A stretch of DNA of 64,000 nucleotides from the NCBI GenBank assembly GCA_028534125.1, contig CM052818.1, forward strand, positions 45,510,001-45,574,000. The letters are read 5' to 3'. The stretch is from Lama glama (Eukaryota). Below are positions 49,956-59,516 of this stretch, in pieces (positions within the stretch are counted from its first letter, which is position 1; every line of letters begins with the position of its first letter). The position numbers were made by a program, and so were the translations under genes. The notes below the pieces were generated by a model. It was given only the letters and a program-made list of their open reading frames with translations. It searched no databases and was not told the DNA's origin.

Positions 49956-50599
49956 AGATCTGTGTGGTGCCTCTCCCCCTGGACCCACCCCCATCAACTC
50001 CCTCCCCCATATAGGAGCAGGGCAGGGCCTCATCGGTGACCACAGACTTAAGCTTCACTCAGAATGCCTTCAGGCTGGTTCTCTTGCCAGTGACGAACAA
50101 GTATGTTTTGCCAAAAGGCACACAAATCAGTACCATCCTACTCTGTCCAAGTCCTGAGGTAAATTACTGTTTCATGACTAATGTTCTCAGGGAAGAGAAC
50201 ACACTTTCCCAAGACCTCAGCCAGGGGCCCCATCTTCAAATAAGAGAAAACAGGTACCAATTTCTGAGCTCCTCATAGCAATGCCTCGTGGGCCCCCCAC
50301 ACGGATCCAAGAAAAACCTTAATAAGGTCTTTCTTTATCTGTTTAGAAAAAAATGTATATGTCTACGTGGAGTCTGCTCTTCTGCTGCCTTTGTAAAACT
50401 ACCTTCTCAATCTCCTTGAGCCCTGGGCAGTAAAGCAAACAAAGGCAGTCAAACAGTTAGTGATTTTCCAGCCATTTCTAGGGTGTCACTGCATTAAACT
50501 AACACAGACAGTCTCCAGGAAAAGCGGTCATGACTAAACACCACTGTTGCTCCTCATTTTATTTTTAGTAATCAGTTGATTGTGTGGCTGTCCTGGAAA

Positions 50600-50845
50600 A
50601 CTCTTATGCACCCGTCAAAGCCCAGTTCAAATGTCCCCTCTCTTTGCCACCACCGCCCACCCCAGGAAGCTCCTGTCTTTTGCTCCTGGGGGCTTTCAGA
50701 AGGCAGGGTGCACCTGCCCGCTTTGCCTCCTGACCTTCGCTAGTCTGTGAGCTCCCAGGGCACAAGGATGCTGCCTTCCTCATCTTCGTCTCCCCCAGCC
50801 TGCACCTAATGCAGCACCTGGTACATGAAGGAGACTCAGTGGGCT
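50600..50845 (+). mobile_element. L2 fragment
   Basis: CAAAGCCCAGTTCAAATGTCCCCTC; CTAGTCTGTGAGCTCCCAGGGCAC. Confidence 0.65.
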
Positions 50846-51764
50846 TGGACCTGTCAGGAGGGGAACAGTTTGAAAGCAAAGGTTGCATCACAAATTCTCA
50901 CACTAGGACCTCCATGGTGCTGCATATTTAGGATCAGTCTCTTGGAAAATCTGGGGCACTTGTACAATAACCCCCAACTATATCTTCCTTCCCTGGAGCC
51001 TAGGCAAGAACCCAGAAAGAAGCAAAAAGCAGTTTTAAATAGTGAGAACCCCAGTCCCTGCCTTGACAGTGTGGGACAGTGGAAAGAATGTAAGATCTGT
51101 AGCCAAGAGACCTGGCTCTGAGTCCTGGCGCCTCGGCCTCCAGCTGTGCACTGACCCTGGGAGCCTCGGTCCTCTCCTCCGTACAAGGACAGGACTGCCT
51201 CCGGGACACCCTGGCAAGTGAACTTGGAAGGTGGCTGACCCTGAACCTGGCTTAACTTGGCAGCGTGGGCCCTGGCTTCAGCCCAGAGTTTCTGAGAAGA
51301 GGTGAGAGGTTCTGTTCAAGCGAGCCGCAGAGTGAAGTGGCACTTACAGCTCAGGGGAGAGCGAAGGCACCAGGAGGCTCCCGAGAGGGCTCTGAACGGC
51401 CTGACGGGCAGAGGCCCTCAGCAGACATTGTGGAACGAAGGAGGAGGGAGGGGGTGAGGGCTGTGCCTGGGGAAGAGGGAGCTGATTTCCTCTGGGCCCA
51501 AAGAGGCTAAAAACAAAGATCTGTGAGTTGAAGCTTCAGGGAGAGGCAGCTGAGGAGTGAGTCAGCAAAAGACCTGAGCAAGGTTGGAACACGCTGCCAC
51601 TGGTGGAGTGAGCACCCCATCGCTGGAGGAATCAAGCCCAGAGCAGATGAGGGATCACTTCACCAAACTATAGAAAAAGGATCCAAGCATTGAGGGGCGT
51701 TTAGAATCAACACTCTCTCAAAAAGTCCCTTTCCACCTGGGTTCTAGCATCCTGCATTCCAGGC

Positions 51765-51975
51765 TGGGGGTCAGACAGCTTCTCCTGTAAAGGGCCAGAG
51801 AGTGTATACTCTGGGCTTCACAAGCCACAGGGTCTCTGTCCCAACTCCCCAACTCTGCCTGCCCAGCAAAAGCAGCCAAAGACAATGGTGTAAACAACGA
51901 ATGAAGGTACCTATTCCAATAAAGCTTTATTTGCAAAAACAAGCAGGGGGCCGGATTTGGCCCGTAGTTCCAGGG
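51765..51975. mobile_element. MER58A-like hAT DNA transposon
   Basis: CTGTAAAGGGCCAGAGAGT...GTCTCTGTCCCAACTCCCCAACTCTGCC...TTCCAATAAAGCTTTATTTGCAAAAACAAGCAGGGGGCCGGATTTGGCCC. Confidence 0.88.
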
Positions 51976-52411
51976 CGGTGGTCTCATCGCGAAGCTGTAG
52001 GTAACTGCGAGTGTTGACCCTGAGTGTCCAGCAGGTGATGGAACCCATCCATGTCTTTGCCTTCAGGCCCAAAACATCCTAGGTACCCCGACGTCCTTTA
52101 AACTTCAACAATTCGTTTTACCCTTCCTGCTGCATTTGTATGTTTGAAATTTTCTACAAGAAAAAGTTAATTAAAAGAAAACATCCCAGAATCTGGGCCT
52201 ACTTGGAAGGCTGACCATCTCAATCCCGCCTTCTCTAGACCGCTGCCTGCCCAGGGTCCCCGCACCAGGGTCCCCACATGCCTATGCTGGCAAAGACAAG
52301 AATAAGGACAGTGCCCGGGGTTCTCTGCAGTCGAAGAGGTCCACTCAGGGGACTGTCTTCTCTTCAAGACTACGTTTTTCCTTTTAAGTGTTCCTATTAA
52401 AATGCTCCCTC

Positions 52412-52812
52412 CGAAGTCAGAGGCAAACATCCTATGATTTCACTTACATGTGGAATCTAAAAGATGATACAAATGAACCGATTTACAAAACAGAAAAAGA
52501 CTCTCAGACATAAAAAGCAAACTGATGGTCACCAAAGGGGAAGGGCAGGGAGGGATAAACTAGGAGGACGGGATTAACAGACACACACCGCTACATGCAA
52601 AACAGATAACAACAAGACTTACTGTAGAGCGCAGGGAACTACGTTCAGTATCTTGTAGTAACCTACACTGGGAAAGAGTCTGAAGAATATATATAATATA
52701 TACACATATATGTACATATGGTTGGATGTACATAACTGAAGCACTTTGCTGTACACCTGGAACTAACACAATATTGTAAATCAACTGTATTTCAATTTAA
52801 ATAATAATAAAA
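52412..52812 (+). mobile_element. 5'-truncated L1 3' end with A-rich tail
   Basis: TCACTTACATGTGGAATCTAAAAG...GCTGTACACCTGGAACTAACACAATATTGTAAATCAAC; imperfect TSD TAAAATGCTCCCTC (52398-52411) / TAAAATGCCCCTTC (52813-52826). Confidence 0.92.
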
Positions 52813-53003
52813 TAAAATGCCCCTTCTATTATAAAAGAATAGTAATAGTAGATGAAATGTTTTATGTCCTTATTTGACAAAATTTAAAGTGAGCAATCCT
52901 ATCTTGACCTTAACTTAAAAAAAAAATTTTTTTAAACCAGTTCACAGAATCCTAAAGTCTGGGAGCCACTGCTCCCTCCTTGGGTTCTAATAACTGACTT
53001 CCC

Positions 53004-53135
53004 ATAACACATAATGGAAAAGAATCTGAAAAGAAAATATATATATGTATATGTGTGTGTAACCGAATCACTTTGCTATATCCCTGAAACTAACATTGTA
53101 AATCAACTACACTTCAATAAAAAATTAAAAAAAAA
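53004..53135 (+). mobile_element. Very short L1 3' end with poly(A) and TSD
   Basis: ATAATGGAAAAGAATCTGAAAA...TTGTAAATCAACTACACTTCAATAAAAAA; TSD AACTGACTTCCC (52992-53003) / AACTGACTTTCC (53136-53147). Confidence 0.9.
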
Positions 53136-53749
53136 AACTGACTTTCCCTCAGGCTTCTCTTCACGCCCAGCCTCCTGCCTCCTGAATCCTCTTACCCAGG
53201 GGAAGCACCTGGGTGAGGGCCCCCAGCCCCCTGCCAGCCCTGAGGGCCAAACAGAGGTGGCTGCAGCCTCAGGTGGAGACAAAAGGGTGCAGAGGACCCA
53301 CCTCGCCGTGGGTGCCACCCTGACCTCACCGTCCCGAGCCCCACACGGCTGCCCAGAGGGCTATCGAGGAAGAGACGGGTCTGGTCTTGCCCCAGCACGC
53401 ACGACCTGTGCCAATGGAACTAGCTCATGCGGGAATGAAGTCAATTGCTTCCAGGGTCATTAATTTAGATCCAGACACAAACCTATGGGGAAATCAGCCC
53501 ATTAAGAAAGAGAAAAAGAAAGAGATTCAAGACAAGAGTGGAAAAGTTTTAGTGGTATGTGGGTGAGTGCCAAGGTACAGTCTACATTCTAAGAAGGGGG
53601 TTAAAGGGTTTAGGGAGGGACCCTTTTGAGGGTCCCAAACACCTCAAAAGGAACAGGATGCAGAAGAACCCACTAGAAACTTGAGATGGGGAAAAGGGGA
53701 AGGGGACAAGCAGGGGCGGATGTGGATAAGCAGCAGTGCTCCTGTGTGC

Positions 53750-55675
53750 TTTGTTTTGTTTTTAAAATAACAGATTTTTGAGATAGAATTTACATGCCAT
53801 ACACCAAATTTCAAACGTACAGCTCAAAAGAGTTGCACAGAGTGGTGCCGCCACCACCAACACAATCAATTTTAGAACATTTTCATCCCCCACAAAACAA
53901 ATCCTGCACCATCAGCAGTCACTCCCCATTCCCACCATCCTCCCAACGCCAGCCCTAAGCAACCATGAATCAGCTTTCATCTCTTTACATTTGCCACTCT
54001 GGACATTCCACACGAATGGAACCACACAATACGTGGTGTCTTGTGACTCACTTCATTCACGCGGCATGTTGTTTTTAAGCTCCATGCGTGTTGTAGCATG
54101 AGCAGTACTTTACCCTCTTTACTACCAAATAATATTCCATTGTATGGACACATCTCTTCTGTTTATCCGTTCACCAGCTGATGGACATTTGGGTTGCTTC
54201 CACACTTAGGTACAAGTTTTCATGTGTATATATACCTGGGAGTGGAATTGCTGCATCCTATGGTAACTCTGTGTTTAACCTCGTGAGGAACCACCTGATG
54301 GTTTTCCAAAACAACTACACCATTTTCATTCCTACCAGCAGTGTAAGAGGGTACCAGTTTCTCCAAATCCTTGCCAACACTTGTATTGATCTGACTTTTT
54401 GATGCTAGAAATCTTAGTGGGTGTGAAGTACTATCTCATTGTGGTTTTGATTTGCATTTCTCTGATGATGAACGATCTTAAGCATCTTTTTACATGCTTG
54501 TTGGCCCTTTGCGTATCTCCTCTGGAGAGATGTCTGTTCAAAGCCTTTGCCCACTTTTAAATTGGTTTGTCTTTTATTATTGAGTTGTGAGAGCTCTCTA
54601 TATACATACCAGATATAGAATATAATGATTTGCAAATATTTGTTTCCATTTTTGGGTTGTCTTTTTTTCATTTTCTTGATAGCGAACTTTTGAAGCACAG
54701 AAGTTTTCATAACTTCAATTTATCTAAAGCTATGCTTATATAATACAAGAAATAATTGCCTAAATTCAGGTCAAGAAGATTTACACCTATTTTTCTTCTA
54801 AGAGTTTTATTATTTTAGCTCTTACATTTAGGTCTTTGATCCATTTTGAGTTAATATTTATAAATGGTGTGAGGTAGAGGCCCAACTTCATTCTTTCACA
54901 CATGGCTATCCAGTTGCTCCACACCATTTGTTAAAAAGGCTATTGTTTCCCTATTGAATTATCTGCTATCATTGAAAATCAATTGACTGTAAATGTGAGG
55001 ACTTATTTCTGGACTTTCAGTTCTATTCCATTGATCTGTATGTCTATCCTTGTGCTAGTACCACACTGACTGAATTACTCATGCTTTGTAATAACTTTTG
55101 AAATCAGGAAGTGTGAGTCCTTCTACTTAGTTCTTCTTTTCAAGACTGTTTTGGTTATTCTGGGTCTCTTAAGTTTCCAGATGAATTTTAGAATCTACTT
55201 GTCAATTTCTGCAACGAATCCAACTGCAATTTTCATAGGGGGCTGTGCTGATTGGCAGATTAAATTTGGGCACAGTGCCATCTTAACAATATTAAGTCCT
55301 GCAGTCCATGAACATGAGATATCTTTCCATTTATTTTTATTTTTTTAATTTTGGGGGGAATTAGGTTTATTTGTTTGTTTGTTTGTTTTAATGGAGATTG
55401 AACCCAGGACCTCATGCATGCTAAGCGCGCACTCTACCCCGAGCTATACCCTCCCGCCCCGGATGTCCTCCCATTTAATTAGGTCTTTAATTTGTTTCAA
55501 AATATTTTTTCGTTTTCAGAGTGTAAGTCTTGCACTTCTTTTGTTAAATTTATTCCTAAGCGTTCTACGCTCTTTGATGCTATTGTACATGGAATTATTT
55601 TCTTAATTTAACTTTCAGATTGTTCGCTGCAAGTGTAGGGAAATGCACTTCATTTTTCTGTACTGCTCTTTTACT
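53750..55675 (-). mobile_element. Old L1 (L1MB-like): 3'UTR plus deleted/frameshifted ORF2 C-terminal part
   Basis: Reverse-strand L1 hallmarks TCTCATTGTGGTTTTGATTTGCATTTCTCTGATGA, GATCCATTTTGAGTTAAT and TATTCCATTGATCTGTATGTCTATC. The track ORF at 54414-54710 is a decayed ORF2 piece. Confidence 0.93.
55334..55460 (-). mobile_element. Vic-1-like tRNA-Ala SINE inserted in the L1
   Basis: Minus strand GGGAGGGTATAGCTCGGGGTAGAGTGCGCGCTTAGCATGCATGAGGTCCTGGGTTCAATC...AAATAAACCTAATTCCCCCC then A tail; TSD GATATCTTTCCATTTA (55318-55333) / GATGTCCTCCCATTTA (55462-55477). Confidence 0.9.
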
Positions 55676-55789
55676 CCACACAGCCTTGCCTGCCGGGCCC
55701 TCGGGGCGAGCTGCACTCAGCTCACCAGGACTCAGTCGTGTTTGTCCTCAGACCTTCTTCCACCAGCTGTACTTACGTAATTACATCAC

Positions 55790-56390
55790 TTAATTAAATT
55801 GTATGTAAACCTTGGAATAGGAGTTAAAAAGAAATTGTATGAAATAAGAGTTGAATTTGGGGAAGATGGCTGTTAAATCAGGCACAGACAAAATAGCTGT
55901 ATAATATCAGGCATGTGTAAAAACCTGCATGTACTGGGCACTCAGTTCCTTCTTTACCTGATAGAAACAGAAACCAAAAATCACTGAAAATGCAGTAAAG
56001 GATACTACAAAAAAGGTAATGTAGGGGGAGGGTATAGCTCAGTGGTAGAGCACGTGCTTAGCATGCACAAGGTCCTGGGTTCAATCCCCAATACCTCCAT
56101 TAAAATAAATAAAAACCTAATTACTTCTGCCCCCAAAAAAAACAAAAACTAAAAAATTAAATAAATAAATAAAACAAAAATTTAAAAGATAATGTGGACA
56201 CCATCCAGTGGATCCATAATCCAGGAAAGGCCTGGGCCTCAAATCAGAAGACAGGAGAATGAACACATGGTTTATGTTAAAATGAAATGTTTTCTGTTAA
56301 AATAAAATGCTCGAGGTATGCCTGTATTAAGTTTTTTTCATTTTTAGGATCTCCTCTTTAATCATCTTTTTCAAATAAGCAACACACTGC
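55790..56390 (+). mobile_element. Probable pogo/Tigger DNA transposon relic, split by the SINE
   Basis: AT-rich; AGTGGATCCATAATCCAGGAAAGG encodes SGSIIQER, resembling the SGPIIQEKA motif of CENP-B/Tigger HTH domains. Boundaries uncertain. Confidence 0.45.
56024..56183 (+). mobile_element. Vic-1-like tRNA-Ala SINE, full length
   Basis: GGGGGAGGGTATAGCTCAGTGGTAGAGCACGTGCTTAGCATGCACAAGGTCCTGGGTTCAATCCCC (A and B boxes), AAACCTAATTAC body and A-rich tail; TSD AAAAGGTAATGT (56011-56022) / AAAAGATAATGT (56184-56195). Confidence 0.93.
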
Positions 56391-59256
56391 CAGGGCTGAT
56401 GGTAGCAGAAAAGGGCTTTTTCTGGACCCAAATACACAATGGTTAACTGGGCAGGTGTGACATGATGTCCATTTTTCCTCTCTCCTTTTCATCATTTAGT
56501 GTTTTCAAGATGTTCTAATGTGTCTGGGTTGCTTTTTCTAGTAGAGAAAACGTGTGATGAATTTTTCTTTTTAAGATTCAGATCCCAATACTTCCCGCTC
56601 ACAATGGGAAGAAATTCAGGAATGCCACACTGTCCTGGCCAGCGCTGTCTCCCGAAGCCAACAAAGCACCCCCGTGCTGCACAGGTAAACGGGAAAGCAT
56701 GGAACGCAAACTAATCAGGACCGCCCGCCTCGAGGACGCTGCTACTTCCACTGAGAGCCATGAAACACCGAAATCGATCCCTGAATTTGGTCGAAACTAA
56801 GCTAGGCCCCTCCGCTAAGCATTTTGAGTCAGCTGCTGAAGAGGCGGGCTTGCTTTTAGAAATAAGGCAAGGCGGCTGAATCAAACAGGCTTTGAGCAAC
56901 CTTGCGCCCGACAAGTCTGGATTTCCTGGGACAAGGCCAGAAGTTAGAGTATTTCTAAAGCAACACAATGCTTCTGCTTTGATAGATGCAAAATAAGTGG
57001 GTTAAGAGTTCCCGTCTCACTGTACCTAAATTCCTCCACTGCCGGTCTTGCTTCTATGTGCCCAACACTATGCTGGGTTTACAGTAGGCACCTAAGAATA
57101 GAATGAAAAAAATGAATGACACACTTAAGAGTGGCTTATCAGGACCCTGGGCCTTCTCCTGCAGACCAGGGCTTCTGGGACGGCAGAGGCTACTGAAACG
57201 TGCCTTCCATCCTTCTGGGCATACCCCCTCTCCACATTCTTGTTATGTTTTCTTACGTTTGAAAGACAGTCTGCTAAGCCAGGACGCTGTCTGAATCAAC
57301 AAAGACATAGGAATAAAGGGACTGGGGAGCTGAAGACAAGTGGATTCGGCCCCTGCTCCAGGACCAGAGTGGATCGCAGGGATCTGAAGGAGGCTTCCAG
57401 GAATTCCCAACCTCCCCTGGAAAGAGACGGTAACCGAGGTGTGTTTAAACCTGTAGGGGACCAGGGGCTGGAAGAAGGACTCAGAGTGTCTGAACTGGGC
57501 TTGAAGGAAGGGACTGACACCCCCAAATCAGACCCTGGGACCCTAGAGTAGAAGGAGGCGCTTCCAGACGAGGTGTGGTAGGTGCAGCCATTTGAAAACT
57601 GTTTTCCTCCCTGCCTCACTCCCCTACTGACACCTGTGGCTGGAGCTTATTACCAGGAATTATCAGGAATGCTCATTATCAGGCACTGGGAGGCACATTC
57701 TTTTCCCCTAACATGAAACCACTGTGGTCCAAGCCAGCCGCCAGCCCGCAAGGAAGCTTTCCCTGGATTCCCTGCACACCGGGGCCCATGTGGTTCTGCC
57801 GCGGCTGAGCCTGGCACCAAACAGGCACTCAGAGGGGCTGCTTCAAAGAACAAACCAATGACCACGTGAGCAAGTCCTTCTAAAGATCAGGGCCCCCCGC
57901 TCGGACCGCAGAGCCCAGGTGTTCAGATACACTCCCTCTCATGAGGCTGGCCGGCACAGCAGGCTGAACTCATGTAACCAGCTTCCGCCAGCAGCCCGCA
58001 CCGGGGCAGGGGTTCCAGAGACTTCTGAAAGTGAATTCCAGTCATGCAATACTTGGGCTTATCTGTGAGCACTGTTTCCCTTTGAGGATGAAGACGGTTT
58101 GCATCCCACCTCCCCTTGCAGGCAAATAAATACAAACCCCTTAGAAAGGGGTCTGGGCGGCGGGTGGGGTGGCGGACAGGGAGAGCGAAGGTGGAGGGAG
58201 GAGGAGGGCCAGAGTCTGTGTAGGGAATCTGGGGCTTTAATAGATACAGAAAACAAAAGGGGAGGGAGACAGAAACTGACAGTCTGTCACGTTCTCGGTT
58301 TGTACTATCTTGCTGAAAATACAGTACTTTCAGTTCTGCTCCACGGTGACCACGCTAAATGCTCTCCTGGCACCTAATCAATGTAAATAAACACCTGTCT
58401 CTGGTCTGGGGTCCTCAGCTCTGTTGTCCAGTCAATGTGGGGACACGCTTCACTGATTGTGTACACTGACCAGCTCACGACTTCAGACACAGACACCCTC
58501 AAGAGTATCTGGAGTTTGTCTTGCTTAACTGTCTCTGGAAGACAGGACTGCCGTCCAATCTAAAGAGGAGAAAAGCCACAAGGGGTGGAGTTGGGGCAGG
58601 AGGGTGGTGCCAGGCACAGAAAGTAAGCCTCGGGGACTCCAGAAGCAGTTGTGAATGAGGCACACAGGCAGTAATGAGGTCAAGGACAAGTGGGTCAGGG
58701 CATCCCAGGATGGAGATTCCTCCTCCACATCCCAGAGCCTCCTGCAGGGCCTGACCACCTGGTCTGCAGCACTGCTGAAAGCGAACACTAGGGGAAGCCA
58801 GCCGTGTACCCTCCACATCCCCCTGCACCACAAGCACCCCGACTTCCTCTCAAAGAAAGACACAAATGGAACAGAGCCAGTGCCCTGCCAGGGAACAAAG
58901 GAGGTCTGAGGACCCCAAAGCATTGCACACACGTGAGCATGCACGTGAGCACACATTCACATACATGGACACACACACATGCCTCCTCGGGAGCACACTC
59001 CAACGTGCCCACAGACGCACACTCCATTTATGCCCACAATTACTCCTGGTTTGCGTATACAGACCATCTATGTGCTCAAGCAACTTAGAAAATCTTCCCC
59101 AAAGTGGCCACATGTTCTCAGTGGTTGCCCCTTTGAAGGGAGGGGGTATTACGCATTAATAATTTGTTTTCTAGTTTCTTTATATTTTCTGAATATTCTA
59201 CAGGGAACATGTGTGTAACACAATTATATTCAGAAAAAGTTCAAGTGTACAATTTT

Positions 59257-59516
59257 TTTCATTTTCTTTTTTAAATTCTAAATTTTACTTAAATTTTATT
59301 GACGTATAGTTGATTCACAAGGTTTCAGGTGTACAGCAAAGTAATTCAGTTATACATATATATCTATTCTTTTTCAGATTCTTTTCTATTATAGGTTATT
59401 ACAAGATATTGAATATAGTTCCCTCTGCTATAAAGTAGGACCACATTGTTTATCTCTTTTATATGTAGTAGTATGTACCTGTTAATCTCAAATTCCTCAT
59501 TTATTCCTTCCCCCAC
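59257..59516 (-). mobile_element. 5'-truncated L1 3' end with a 15-bp TSD
   Basis: TTTATTGACGTATAGTTGATT...TTTCAGGTGTACAGCAAAGT...; TSD CAAGTGTACAATTTT (59242-59256) / CAAGTATACAATTTT (59517-59531). Confidence 0.92.

Noticed and set aside
49424..50157. Arg/Glu-rich and Ser/Leu-rich ORFs
   Set aside because: Artefacts of the CT-rich low-complexity tract.
50904..50924. REST/RE1 site
   Set aside because: Only one half (TCCATGGTGCTG) matches the consensus.
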